A stretch of DNA of 64,000 nucleotides from Vicinamibacterales bacterium (GCA_035492775.1 DATJIW010000082.1:6473-70472); one strand, 5' to 3'; counted from the first letter of the stretch, positions 9,141-19,141 are shown. Numbers and translations: made by a program. Notes: a model not told the origin generated them from the letters alone.

Positions 9141-10781
9141 ATGAGAATTCCATGCATAGGTCTCGCTGTCGCCGCGCTCATCCTGCAAACGCCTCCGCGT
9201 GAGGGACAGCAGTGGTGGCACCACATCGAATTTCTCGCCGATGATGCGCTGCAGGGACGCAACGTCGGCACGCCTGGATTCGAAAAGGCGGCGGAATACG
9301 TCGAGCAGCAGTTCAAGGAGATCGGACTCAAGCCTGCGGGATCGTCAGGATACCGGCAGCCGGTGAAACTCGAGTCGCGCCGGCTCGTGCCGGAAGAGTC
9401 CTCGATCGCGCTCGTACGTGACGGCCAGGAACAGCCGTTGACGATGCGCGAAGACGCGATGTTGAGCGCGCGCGGCGAACTGGACGGTTCGATCGATGCG
9501 CCGATGGTATTCGTCGGGTACGGACTGTCGATACCCGAAGCGAAGTGGGACGACCTGGCCGGCCAGGATCTCCACGGGAAGATCGCCGTCTACGTGACAT
9601 CCGCCGCACCCGTCAAGATTCCGGACAACGTGCGTTCGCATCTCAGCTCCACAGCGGAGCGTTGGGCTGTGTTGAGAAAAGCTGGCGCGATCGGAGTGGC
9701 CACTATTTCTAATTTCGGGGCCATCCTCACATCGAGGGCCGCGAGTCCGGCAGCCGCTGCCACCGCGCCGAGGCCCTCCGCCGACGGACGCGCCGGCCCG
9801 CCGGTCGTGCAGCCGACGGTAGTTCTGGCGGATCGCGACCTGCAGGATCAGGCGGGGCAGCTCGTGTCGATGACGCTGACGGCCGCCGGCGCCGAAAAGC
9901 TGCTCCAGGGCAGCGGACATTCCGTGGAGGAGCTGGCGTCGCTGGTGCGCGACAGGAAGCCGCTGCCGCGATTCTCCCTGACAGGCACGCTTCGCGTTCA
10001 TGCCGCGCTCGAACGCCAGTCGCTCGACTCCGAAAACATCGTCGGGATGGTCGAAGGCTCCGCTCCTTCGCTGAAGTCCGAATACGTGGTCATGTCGGCG
10101 CACCTGGACCACCTGGGCGTCGGACGTTCGATCAATGGAGACGCCATCTACAACGGCGCGATGGATGACGCGTCCGGAGTTGCGTCCGTCATCGAAATCG
10201 CGCGCGCGCTGAAAGCGTCCGGCGTCCGGACGAAGCGCTCGATCGTCTTCATGACGGTCACGGGTGAGGAGAAGGGGGAGCTCGGCTCGAAATATTTTGC
10301 CGCCCATCCAACAGTGCCGTTCGACGCGATCGTCGCCGACATCAACTTGGACATGTTCCTGCCGTTGTACCCGCTGAAGGTGATCGAGGTGCAGGGCCTG
10401 GCGGAGTCATCGCTCGGCGAAGCGGTCCGGGCCGCGGCACAGGCAGAGGGCGTTGACGTGCAGACGGACCGCGAGCCGGAGCAGAACCGCTTCACCCGCA
10501 GCGATCAATACAGCTTCGTGCGGCGCGGCATCCCGGCGCTGGCCTTCAAGTTCGGTTATGAATTCGGATCTCCGGAAGAGCGCACCCGCCGCGAGTGGGT
10601 GCGCGACGTGTACCACAAGCCGATCGACGATGTGAAACAGCCGGTGGACACCGAGGCGGCGGTGAAGTTCGATCGCGTGATCCTTGGTCTCCTGGAGAGA
10701 GTCGCAGACGATCCATCGCGTCCGAAATGGAACGATGACAGCTTCTTCAAGCGCTTCGCTGTTTCGGCGAACGGCGGATAA
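9141..10781 (+). CDS. M28 family metallopeptidase with PA domain
   Basis: NIVGMVEGS...YVVMSAHLDHLGVG...GAMDDASGVASVIEIARAL...IVFMTVTGEEKGELGSKYF. These are the Zn-ligand motifs of M28 aminopeptidases. Confidence 0.8.
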   Translation: MRIPCIGLAVAALILQTPPREGQQWWHHIEFLADDALQGRNVGTPGFEKAAEYVEQQFKEIGLKPAGSSGYRQPVKLESRRLVPEESSIALVRDGQEQPLTMREDAMLSARGELDGSIDAPMVFVGYGLSIPEAKWDDLAGQDLHGKIAVYVTSAAPVKIPDNVRSHLSSTAERWAVLRKAGAIGVATISNFGAILTSRAASPAAAATAPRPSADGRAGPPVVQPTVVLADRDLQDQAGQLVSMTLTAAGAEKLLQGSGHSVEELASLVRDRKPLPRFSLTGTLRVHAALERQSLDSENIVGMVEGSAPSLKSEYVVMSAHLDHLGVGRSINGDAIYNGAMDDASGVASVIEIARALKASGVRTKRSIVFMTVTGEEKGELGSKYFAAHPTVPFDAIVADINLDMFLPLYPLKVIEVQGLAESSLGEAVRAAAQAEGVDVQTDREPEQNRFTRSDQYSFVRRGIPALAFKFGYEFGSPEERTRREWVRDVYHKPIDDVKQPVDTEAAVKFDRVILGLLERVADDPSRPKWNDDSFFKRFAVSANGG

Positions 10782-10790
10782 TGAACGTGA

Positions 10791-12191
10791 ATGCCGGGAC
10801 TGCGTCGCTACGGCGCACTGGATGATGAGGAGCGCAGTCAGCGTCCGGCGTCTATCCGTCCATTGAGCTTCGAGGAGCTGACGACCCCGGGGCCGCAGTT
10901 CCGCGATACGTCCGGTGTCGTCCCCATCGAAAGCGTTCGTACCGGCGACACGCAGGTTCTCGCCGCGCGCGGGGTCCGGACGGACGCCAACCATGCAATC
11001 GATCTGGACGTTCTGGCGGATTTCCCGTCGGTCACGAGTGTGGTCGCCACGACGCTCGTGCGAGCGGCCCGGCCCCTCCCGACGATCACGGATCTGCTCC
11101 TGTTTTCCGGGGCACCGCTGCCCGACGCCGAAACCATCGGGAATCTCCCTTGTCTGTCCCGGCTCTGGCTGACGTGGTGCCGCGGCAGGCCGTTCGATCT
11201 CGGAGCGCTGCCGTCCAACCTGCAGGCGCTTGGCATTGCCAGTCATCTCGTGGCCGCGCCAAAGACGGGCGATCGCTTCGCGCTGCTGCAGCGATTCGAA
11301 CACCTCCGGCATCTCACGCTTCGATACTGCCTGCCGAAGGAGAGTGTGCGATCGATCGCTGCACTGACGCGGCTCGTGACGCTCGATTGCGATGCGCCCG
11401 CCGGTTGGGGCCAGTTGCGCTATTGTGCCGCGCTCGAAGACGTGACGGCGATTCAGCCTCGGATGGCGAATCTTCGTCCGCTCCGGACGTGGACGCGGTT
11501 GAAGCGGCTCGCGCTCGTCTCGGGTGCAGGACTTCGAAGTCTGGACGGCCTCGAATCATTCGGCCGCCTCGAGAGACTGCGCCTCGTGCTCGTACGAGGT
11601 CAGAAGCTCTCGCCGATCGCGCACCTCCCGCGGCTCGAGGACGTCAGCGTCAATAGCTTCGGGCATCCGGTACCACTCGACGTTTTCACGACTCTTCCAT
11701 CGCTCTCCTTTCTGACGATCGAGACGCCTGGTGACCCGGCAGACGTCGTCCGCTTCGCGACGCTCCAGCCCCTCGCGTCGATCCGGAACCTGAAAACGCT
11801 CACTCTGAGAGGCGTCGAGACGTCTGGCGGCTTCGAGCAGGAGATTGACGAACTGCGTCGGCTGCGCCCGGACATCGACATTCGAGCGTTCCGTGGGCCC
11901 GGGCCGCCGGCAGGGGAGCGGGTCGGGATCGTGCTGGTGCGTCCGCCTGCGGGACGGTCGTCCGATTGGTGGATCCGGGAAAACCTCGCGTCGCACCTTT
12001 CGGTGGCGACCAATCATGAGGCCGAGGCACGAGTGCGGCGCGCTATTGCCGCGGCGGATCCGGCGCTCGCCGCACGGCTGACGTACGACACAGAGGCTGA
12101 CGCCGTCTGCATCTACGGCGCCGAAGCAGACCTGCGCGAGATTGCCGGGATCGTGACGAGGCTCGCATCCGCATCGGCACACCTGACCTGA
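10791..12191 (+). CDS. Leucine-rich-repeat-like hypothetical protein
   Basis: Repeated LxxLxxLxL-type segments (LRSLDGLESFGRLERLRLVLVRGQKLSPIAHLPRLEDVSV; IRNLKTLTLRGV). No signal peptide is visible. Confidence 0.5.
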   Translation: MPGLRRYGALDDEERSQRPASIRPLSFEELTTPGPQFRDTSGVVPIESVRTGDTQVLAARGVRTDANHAIDLDVLADFPSVTSVVATTLVRAARPLPTITDLLLFSGAPLPDAETIGNLPCLSRLWLTWCRGRPFDLGALPSNLQALGIASHLVAAPKTGDRFALLQRFEHLRHLTLRYCLPKESVRSIAALTRLVTLDCDAPAGWGQLRYCAALEDVTAIQPRMANLRPLRTWTRLKRLALVSGAGLRSLDGLESFGRLERLRLVLVRGQKLSPIAHLPRLEDVSVNSFGHPVPLDVFTTLPSLSFLTIETPGDPADVVRFATLQPLASIRNLKTLTLRGVETSGGFEQEIDELRRLRPDIDIRAFRGPGPPAGERVGIVLVRPPAGRSSDWWIRENLASHLSVATNHEAEARVRRAIAAADPALAARLTYDTEADAVCIYGAEADLREIAGIVTRLASASAHLT

Positions 12192-12211
12192 ATCCGGTAA
12201 ACTCCGCAAGC

Positions 12212-13567
12212 TTGCAGGACGTTCGCGAAACCCGATCGACCGAGCAGGGGCTGAAGCGCGAGCTCACCGCCGGGCAGATGACGATGGTCGCCGTCGGCGG
12301 GTCGATCGGTACCGGGCTGCTGCTCGGATCCGCTGCGGCGATCGAGGTTGCTGGACCCGCGGTCATCCTGACCTTCCTGTTTGGCGCCTTCGTGACGTGG
12401 ACGGTCGCGCTGGCGCTGGGCGAGCTCGCTCCGCTGCATCCTGCAGCGGGGTCCTTTCAACGCTACGGCGACCTGTATCTCGGCGAGTGGGCCGGGTTCC
12501 TCTCCGGCGCGGGATACTGGGCGGCGATCTCGATTTCGATCGGCACCGAGATGGTGGCATCGGCGACCTATATGGCGTTCTGGTTTCCCGGTGTCCCGGC
12601 CATCGCGTGGGTCGCCCTTGCGTCGCTGCTCCTCCTTGCCGTGAACGTGCTCAGCGTCGGCCGCTATGGCCGGTTCGAGTACTGGTTTGCGATGATCAAG
12701 GTCGTGGTGATCGCCGCATTCGTCGTGCTCGGCGCCGCGCTGATGCTGACCGGCAGGACGCCGCCGCAGTACACGGCGCATGGCGGCCTGTTCCCGAATG
12801 GCGCGCTCGCGGCACTCGTCGCGGTGCCGTTCGCGATATATACCTTTTCCGGCGTCGAATTCGTGGCGGTTACGAGCGGTGAAGCGCGATCGACCGCAGA
12901 GATCGCGCGGGCGACGCGTCTGACGTTCATCGTCCTCACCCTCGTTTACATCGGCGCGATCGTTGTCCTGACGGGCGTCATGCCGTGGAATCACGCGGGC
13001 GTCCGCGAGTCGCCGTTCGTCACCGTGTTCCGGACGGTCGACCTGCCGGGCGCGGCTCACGTCATGAACTTCGTAGTGTTGACGGCGGCGTTGTCCGGCG
13101 CGAATGCGGCGCTGTACTCCGCGTCACGCACCTTGTTTGCGCTCGCGCGCAACGGCTGGGCGCCGGCGGCGCTTGGCCGGCTGAATCGCGCCGGGGCGCC
13201 CATTCTTGCGGTCATCACGTCGTCGTTTTCCGTCGTGCTCGCGCTGGTGCTCGAGCGCTGGGCGCCGCAGCAGGCGTTCGTTTCCATCGTGAACGCGGCG
13301 CTGTTTGGATTGCTGTTGTCGTGGCTCGTCACGCTCGCGTCGCACGTGCGCTTTCGACAGACCGCCAGCGCAGAGGTGATGAACGCGCTGCCGCATCGGT
13401 CCGTCCTCGGCGCCGCCGGCTCCGTCGTCGGGTTTGCGCTGATTGTCCTGACGATCGCGAAAACGTGGTCGGACTCACGCCTGAGTTTCGCCAGCGGGGT
13501 GGTGTATCTGGTCGTCCTGAACGCGGCATACTTCGCGTTGAGGGGACGGGAGCGCGTGCGTCAATAG
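12212..13567 (+). CDS. APC-superfamily amino acid permease
   Basis: LKRELTAGQMTMVAVGGSIGTGLLLGS is the classic amino-acid permease signature. About 12 hydrophobic segments. TTG start at 12212; the next ATG would cut into the conserved motif. Confidence 0.85.
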   Translation: MQDVRETRSTEQGLKRELTAGQMTMVAVGGSIGTGLLLGSAAAIEVAGPAVILTFLFGAFVTWTVALALGELAPLHPAAGSFQRYGDLYLGEWAGFLSGAGYWAAISISIGTEMVASATYMAFWFPGVPAIAWVALASLLLLAVNVLSVGRYGRFEYWFAMIKVVVIAAFVVLGAALMLTGRTPPQYTAHGGLFPNGALAALVAVPFAIYTFSGVEFVAVTSGEARSTAEIARATRLTFIVLTLVYIGAIVVLTGVMPWNHAGVRESPFVTVFRTVDLPGAAHVMNFVVLTAALSGANAALYSASRTLFALARNGWAPAALGRLNRAGAPILAVITSSFSVVLALVLERWAPQQAFVSIVNAALFGLLLSWLVTLASHVRFRQTASAEVMNALPHRSVLGAAGSVVGFALIVLTIAKTWSDSRLSFASGVVYLVVLNAAYFALRGRERVRQ

Positions 13568-13590
13568 AGGTTATACAATCGCCGTCGCCC

Positions 13591-14106
13591 ATGTCGGTCT
13601 CGTACGAGAACTCGAAGGTCGTGTTTCAAGGCATCAAGGACGCCGGCATTACATCGCTGTCCGCGCTCCCCGAGACATGGCTGGGACTGCTGCTGCAACA
13701 GGCGGAACGCGATCCGGACGTCAGGCTCATACAGGTCGCCAGGGAAGAGGAGGCGATCGGCATCGCCGCCGGCGCCTATTTCGCCGGCGAGCGCCACGTC
13801 CTGCTCATGCAGAACCACGGCTTGCTTGCCGCGATCAACGGGATCGTCTCGCTCGCGCTGTTGTACGGCATTCCGTTGTGCATGCTCGTGGCGCTCCGCG
13901 GGCACTGGGGTGAGCCGTATCCCTGGCATACGCGCGGCGGCATCGTGACCGAACCGGTGCTCCGGGCGCTCGGCATCCCGTTCGAATACGCGCGCAACCC
14001 ACATGATGTCGGACGTCAGATTCGCGAGGCCTATACCTTCTCGCAGAGTTCGCTCTCTCCAGTCGCGCTCCTGCTGACGCGGGAACTCATGGAAGAAGCG
14101 CTATGA
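13591..14106 (+). CDS. Sulfopyruvate/phosphonopyruvate decarboxylase-like ThDP enzyme, alpha (N-terminal PYR domain) subunit
   Basis: Internal ATG of ORF 12985-14106: MSVSYENSKVVFQGIKDAGITSLSALPETWLGLLL...VAREEEAIGIAAGAYFAG...LLMQNHGL. This resembles ComD-type split decarboxylase subunits. Confidence 0.6.
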   Translation: MSVSYENSKVVFQGIKDAGITSLSALPETWLGLLLQQAERDPDVRLIQVAREEEAIGIAAGAYFAGERHVLLMQNHGLLAAINGIVSLALLYGIPLCMLVALRGHWGEPYPWHTRGGIVTEPVLRALGIPFEYARNPHDVGRQIREAYTFSQSSLSPVALLLTRELMEEAL

Positions 14107-14128
14107 AGCGCGTTGGCAAGCAAGACAC

Positions 14129-14716
14129 ATGGTGACCCGCGCCGAGTGCATCGCGATGCTCTATCCCGAGCTGCACGACAAGCCGGTCGTGACGATCATG
14201 GGCGCGTGTGCCCAGGAGCTGTACGATCTCGGGCATCGCGACAACTTCTTCTATCTGCAGCACGCGATGGGACTCGCCTCGTCCATCGGCCTTGGTCTGG
14301 CCATGCACCTGCCGCATGAACAGATTGTGGTGCTCGATGGCGACGGATCGGTGCTGATGAATCTCGGCACGCTCGCAACCCTCGCGCGCTACCGGCCGCG
14401 CAATCTCGTGCACGTGATCTTCGACAACGGCAGCCTCCTCTCGACCGGCGGGTTCGATTCGCACACGACGTCAGGGATCACGAACCTCGCCGCGATCGCC
14501 CGGGGTGCGGGCATCGAACACGTGGCCGCCGTCGATTCGGTGGTCGACTTCGGAGAGGCCGCGATCGACGCCTTCGGCCGCAACGATCTGAGCGTCATCG
14601 TTGCGAAGGTCTCGGCGGTGGGTCCAAACCACTACGGGATGGATCTGCAGCTGCCGGAAAACGGCTTTCGTTTCAAGCGATGGATCGCGGGAAGGAAAGC
14701 GGCGGAGGTCCAATGA
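14129..14716 (+). CDS. Sulfopyruvate/phosphonopyruvate decarboxylase-like ThDP enzyme, beta (ThDP-binding) subunit
   Basis: ThDP motif VVLDGDGSVLMNLGTLATLA...VIFDNGSLLSTGG (GDG-X24ish-N). ComE-like size (195 aa). Confidence 0.6.
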   Translation: MVTRAECIAMLYPELHDKPVVTIMGACAQELYDLGHRDNFFYLQHAMGLASSIGLGLAMHLPHEQIVVLDGDGSVLMNLGTLATLARYRPRNLVHVIFDNGSLLSTGGFDSHTTSGITNLAAIARGAGIEHVAAVDSVVDFGEAAIDAFGRNDLSVIVAKVSAVGPNHYGMDLQLPENGFRFKRWIAGRKAAEVQ

Positions 14717-15492
14717 GCGGCATCCTCACACAGCTCGTCGAGGAACTGAGACGTGGCACGGTAAAGGTCGTCGATCTGACGCAGCCGCTCGGACCGTCGA
14801 CACCCGTGATCGACCTGCCGCCGATGTTCGCGGCGTCTCCCGGCGTGTCCATCGACGTCATTTCGAGGTACGACGACAGGGGCCCCGCGTGGTACTGGAA
14901 CACGCTTCGGCTGGGCGAACACACGGGCACGCACTTCGACGCGCCAATCCACTGGGTCACCGGAAAAGATCTTCCCGACAACGCGTGCGACACGATTCCC
15001 GTAGCGCGCTGCATCGGTCCGGCGTGCGTCATCGATGTGACGGACGATGTGTCACGGGACGCCGACTTCCTGCTGACAGCCGAGCGCCTCGAGCAATGGG
15101 AGGCGAGCCACGGGCGCATTCCGAAAGGTGCGTGGGTCCTGCTGCGGACTGGCTGGAGCCGCCGTACCGATCGCGCCTCGTTCATCAACGGACGCGAGGA
15201 TGGTCCGCACAGCCCGGGCTTTCATCCGCGGACGTCGGAGCTGCTGGCATTGGACCGCGAGGTGCTCGGCGTCGGCGTGGAGACGATCGGCACCGACGCG
15301 GGCCAGGCCGGCAGCTTCAAGCCACCGTTTCCCAACCATGCGACCATGCACGGGGCGGGTCGATTTGGTCTTGCGAGTCTCTGCAACCTCGATCTGCTGC
15401 CGCCAACCGGCGCCATTCTGATCGCCGCGCCGCTCAAGATCGTCAACGGCAGCGGCAGCCCGCTGCGCGCGATCGCGCTCGTGCCGGCTTGA
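14713..15492 (+). CDS. Cyclase family protein (kynurenine formamidase / isatin hydrolase-like fold)
   Basis: GEHTGTHFDAPIHW motif. The ATG at 14713 overlaps the previous stop (ATGA at 14713-14716). Confidence 0.7.
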   Translation: MSGILTQLVEELRRGTVKVVDLTQPLGPSTPVIDLPPMFAASPGVSIDVISRYDDRGPAWYWNTLRLGEHTGTHFDAPIHWVTGKDLPDNACDTIPVARCIGPACVIDVTDDVSRDADFLLTAERLEQWEASHGRIPKGAWVLLRTGWSRRTDRASFINGREDGPHSPGFHPRTSELLALDREVLGVGVETIGTDAGQAGSFKPPFPNHATMHGAGRFGLASLCNLDLLPPTGAILIAAPLKIVNGSGSPLRAIALVPA

Positions 15493-15538
15493 TCTCTTCT
15501 TCGGCTGCCGGCATTGCGGCCGCCTCAGACATATCGTA

Positions 15539-17320
15539 ATGTCCGCCCACATGCGCTCATTCCGTACTGCAGGCGTTCTGGCCCTTTCCGTCGGCGTCAT
15601 CCTGTCGGCTCACCGCGACATCGCCGCCGCACCGCGCATCGGCTCGGCATCCCACCATGCGGCCGTCCACCGCGATCAGTCACCGCCGATCGCGCCGCCG
15701 GTCATGACGGCTGCCGAAGGTTCCGGTGTGGTGGAGCAGACGACCCAGGGCACGCGGCCGGGCCCGCTGCTCGTGGCGAGATTCGACGGCATGGGCGCAA
15801 CGTTTTCGGGACCTCAGGGCCAATTCCGCGGCAACAATCCTTCGGATAACAGCCTTGCCGTCGGGCCCGACCACATCGTCCAGATCGTCAATTCGCGGAC
15901 CGCGATCTTCACGAAGAAGGGAAAGAAATTTCCGGCGACCGGCAGGATCTTGTACGGCCCGGTGCCGACCAACAACTTCTTCAGGGGCTTTGGCGGTACG
16001 TGCGAGGCGACGAACAACGGCGACGCGGTCGCGCGCTATGACCAGCTCGCGGATCGTTGGCTGATCGTCATGCCGATCTTCCGCCGCGCCGAGCCGAGAG
16101 CCGATCAACCGGAGATGTGGAAGGACGGCGATGCGTCCGCGCACGTGAGCCCGCCTGGACGGCCGGGCCAGCCTGGAACCGCTGCGGCGCTCTTCCAACC
16201 GCCGCCACCGCCACCGGATCCGAATGCCCCTCCGGATCAGGGCCGCGGCCGCGGCGCGGCGGGCGAGCGTCCTCCTCAGCCGCAAGGGCCGTACGCGATG
16301 TGCTACGCCGTCAGCACGAGCAGCGATCCGTTGGGGTCGTACTACCGGTACGAGTTCCTGCGTCCGCTGTTTCCCGACTATCCACGACCCGCGATCTGGC
16401 CTGACGGGTACTACACGCCGACGAGTACCAGCGACAACCGGATCTCGGAGACCGTTTTCTCGCAGAAGCACGCGTGCGTCGCCGATCGTCGCAGGATGCT
16501 TCGTGGAGAGCCGGCGACGGAGCAGTGCGTGATGGTTGAAAACGTGAACTTCTTCAACACGTCCGATCTGGACGGCAGGAAGCTGCCGCCGCAAGGCGCG
16601 CCCGACATTCTGATGGCCGCCGGCGGCCTGCAGCTGGACAGGAAGTTCGAAGACGACACAATCAGTGCGTGGCAGTTCCACATCGACTGGAACGATCCGT
16701 CGAAGACCGCCGTTACCGGCCCGCAGAAGATATCTGTTGCGCCGTATCACTACCTCTGCGACGGCCAGCTGACCGACTGCGTCCCGCAGCCCGGCACCGA
16801 TCGGCGCCTCGACTCGCAAGGCGACAAGATCATGGCGCGGCTGACATATCGCAACGTGAACGGCCACGAGTCGGTCGTAGCCGTGCACTCCATCAACACC
16901 ACGTCGGGTGGAGGAGGCGTGCGATGGTACGAGTTCCGCGTGAATCCCGATCGCACGCTGAAGCTGTACGAGCAGGGCACGTACATGTCCGACGGCAACT
17001 TCCGCTGGCTTCCCAGCGCCGCGATGGACAAACACGGCAACATCGTGATCGGGTACTCATACGGCGGCGCCGCGATTCCTGCCGGACAGCGCGTCGCCGC
17101 TCGCCTGGAAGGCGATCCGCTCGGCAAACTCACGCTGCATGAAACGGTGCTCGCAGAAGGCGAGGGCTTTCAGACGGCGATGCGGTGGGAGGACTACAGC
17201 CAGACCGCCGTCGATCCGGACGACGACTGCACGATCTGGTACGTCGGCGACTACATCAAGAAAGATCAGGCGACGTACTCGAGCAGGATCGGGGCGTTCA
17301 GGCTGCCAGGTTGCAGGTAG
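15539..17320 (+). CDS. Hypothetical secreted protein with internal Pro-rich insert
   Basis: 593 aa ORF with a signal-like N-terminus (MRSFRTAGVLALSVGVILSA) and a low-complexity PPPPPPDPNAPPDQGRGRG segment. No family recognised. Confidence 0.55.
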   Translation: MSAHMRSFRTAGVLALSVGVILSAHRDIAAAPRIGSASHHAAVHRDQSPPIAPPVMTAAEGSGVVEQTTQGTRPGPLLVARFDGMGATFSGPQGQFRGNNPSDNSLAVGPDHIVQIVNSRTAIFTKKGKKFPATGRILYGPVPTNNFFRGFGGTCEATNNGDAVARYDQLADRWLIVMPIFRRAEPRADQPEMWKDGDASAHVSPPGRPGQPGTAAALFQPPPPPPDPNAPPDQGRGRGAAGERPPQPQGPYAMCYAVSTSSDPLGSYYRYEFLRPLFPDYPRPAIWPDGYYTPTSTSDNRISETVFSQKHACVADRRRMLRGEPATEQCVMVENVNFFNTSDLDGRKLPPQGAPDILMAAGGLQLDRKFEDDTISAWQFHIDWNDPSKTAVTGPQKISVAPYHYLCDGQLTDCVPQPGTDRRLDSQGDKIMARLTYRNVNGHESVVAVHSINTTSGGGGVRWYEFRVNPDRTLKLYEQGTYMSDGNFRWLPSAAMDKHGNIVIGYSYGGAAIPAGQRVAARLEGDPLGKLTLHETVLAEGEGFQTAMRWEDYSQTAVDPDDDCTIWYVGDYIKKDQATYSSRIGAFRLPGCR

Positions 17321-17415
17321 TCGACTACACAACCACACAGCTCCCGACCATTCAACTAGCCCCATTTTCGTTGGCAGCCGGGAGCCGTGCAGTCGTGCCC
17401 GTCCAACCCTTGCGC

Positions 17416-18333
17416 TTACTGAAGCTTGACCACCACGATTCGCGCGTCCTCGAATTGAATGCCGTCGGCGCCTGGACTGGCCGAACAACCGAGCGTCATC
17501 GTACCGGGCGAGGTGAAGGAGACCTGTCCTACAAGGGAGATTGGAATCTCCGGCACGTCGTCGAGGACGACAGACCCCAGCGACGTGCTGTCGATCGCCG
17601 TCCCAACAGGTCCAGGCTGAAGGCTGCACGTCACGCTCTTGAAGTCCTGCACGTTCTCGTCGGACTCGATTGTGCCCTTGCCGATGACCAGGTATAAGCC
17701 TGCCTCGGTGATGTTGACCGTTCCAAATCCATAGAACTTTCCGTCGTCGAGGACGGCGCCGATCCCTGAAGTTGCGGAATGGGCGATCGGCGCCGCCGGC
17801 TGGTTGGCGCACGTCCAGCTATCCGATCCGTTGCTGACCGCCACCTGTCCGCTCTGACAGCCCTGCGGCAAGCGGAATCCCGGAACAATGCTGAAGATAG
17901 ACGACGTGAGTGACAGGCCCGTCCCGGCGCTGTAGGTGGTGTCGTGATCGACGCCGCATTCCCACGCCGTACCGTTCCACTTGGGAATGCCACCGGTCAT
18001 GCAGGCCTGCGGGAGGCTGTACTTCGCATCGAGGGTGATCGTGATGTCGCCGTTGTCGCCGCCGCCCGTGAGTCCGCCGCCGACGCTGATGCTGGTGATG
18101 TCGCCGGATGAAACCATCACGGGAAAACTCGGCGCGACGCATGTTCTCAGGGGCACCGCGCCTTGCTGCAATTTATTGATCGTTCCGCCCGAGGGGTTGT
18201 AGCACCCGGTCCACGTCGGGACGAAGCTGGTACTCGCCGCCACTTTCGCGACGACAATCGCGAGGCCGACAGCGACGGCTGCGGAGAACGACAAAACAGC
18301 GATTGAGCGGCGAGACAGTCGACTGAGCTTCAT
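17416..18333 (-). CDS. Hypothetical secreted/anchored Cys-containing protein
   Basis: ATG at 18333 with GGGAGG upstream. N-terminal hydrophobic anchor (IAVLSFSAAVAVGLAIVVA). Duplicated motif LPQACMTGGIPKWNGTAWEC / LPQGCQSGQVAVSNGSDSWTC. Confidence 0.55.
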   Translation of the reverse strand: MKLSRLSRRSIAVLSFSAAVAVGLAIVVAKVAASTSFVPTWTGCYNPSGGTINKLQQGAVPLRTCVAPSFPVMVSSGDITSISVGGGLTGGGDNGDITITLDAKYSLPQACMTGGIPKWNGTAWECGVDHDTTYSAGTGLSLTSSIFSIVPGFRLPQGCQSGQVAVSNGSDSWTCANQPAAPIAHSATSGIGAVLDDGKFYGFGTVNITEAGLYLVIGKGTIESDENVQDFKSVTCSLQPGPVGTAIDSTSLGSVVLDDVPEIPISLVGQVSFTSPGTMTLGCSASPGADGIQFEDARIVVVKLQ

Positions 18334-18491
18334 ATGTCCTCCCGGCCGAACACGGACGGCCGTTGTGAAGCCTGAGGTGTACCATCGGCCACACGCGTCA
18401 CGTAACTACCGACACTCGTGGAACGCACCTACGTGTACGTGTGGGTGCCCTGATGCGTGAGTCGAAGTAGACTGATCGCCCGCGAGCGATC

Positions 18492-19139
18492 TTGGACGCC
18501 ATTCCCCGCACGCGAGTCGTCATCGTCGAAGATCAGCGCGAAGTCCGCGAGGGGCTGAGGGCCCTGATCGACGGGGCACCGTCGTTCGCCTGCGCGGCGA
18601 CATACCGCACGATGGAGGAGGCGATCGAAGATCTCAATCGCGTCCACCCGGACGTCGTGCTGGCGGACTTGAACCTGCCCGGGATGTCCGGAATAGAAGG
18701 GATCCGGATCCTGCGCGAGCGCCATCCGGCGCTGGCAATCCTGGCCTTGACGGTGTACGACGACAACGACCGGGTGTTCGATGCGCTCTGCGCTGGCGCG
18801 TCAGGTTACCTGCTGAAGAGCACGCCGCCGGGACGACTGCTCGAAGCGCTGGGCGAAGCGGTCGGTGGGGGCGCGCCCATGTCGCCGGAGGTCGCGCGCC
18901 GCGTCGTGCGTCTGTTCCGCGAGTTCAGGCCGCCCGAGCGGGCAACCTACCACCTGACGAAGCAGGAAACCGAGCTGCTCAAGCTGCTCGTCGACGGGCA
19001 TCACTACAAGACGGCCGCCGAGGCGCTCGACATCTCGATCAACACGGTGTCGTTTCACTTGAAGAACATCTACGCCAAGCTGCAGGTCCACTCGAAAAGC
19101 GAGGCGGTCGCGAAAGCGCTGCGGGAGCGGCTCGTTTGA
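18492..19139 (+). CDS. NarL/LuxR-family response regulator
   Basis: REC domain (VVIVEDQ...DVVLADLNLPGMSGIEG) plus a C-terminal LuxR HTH (LTKQETELLKLLVDGHHYKTAAEALDISINTVSFHLKNIYAKLQV). TTG start. Confidence 0.85.
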   Translation: MDAIPRTRVVIVEDQREVREGLRALIDGAPSFACAATYRTMEEAIEDLNRVHPDVVLADLNLPGMSGIEGIRILRERHPALAILALTVYDDNDRVFDALCAGASGYLLKSTPPGRLLEALGEAVGGGAPMSPEVARRVVRLFREFRPPERATYHLTKQETELLKLLVDGHHYKTAAEALDISINTVSFHLKNIYAKLQVHSKSEAVAKALRERLV

Positions 19140-19141
19140 TG

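Noticed and set aside
12985-13590. Upstream 202 codons of ORF 12985-14106
   Set aside because: It overlaps the amino-acid permease gene in a different frame. The ComD-like similarity starts at ATG 13591.
18425-18450. CACC-TACGTGTACGTGTG-GGTG element upstream of the response regulator as a LuxR box
   Set aside because: It contains only a short direct ACGTGT duplication with imperfect symmetry. There is no second copy in the window and no basis to link it to the regulator.
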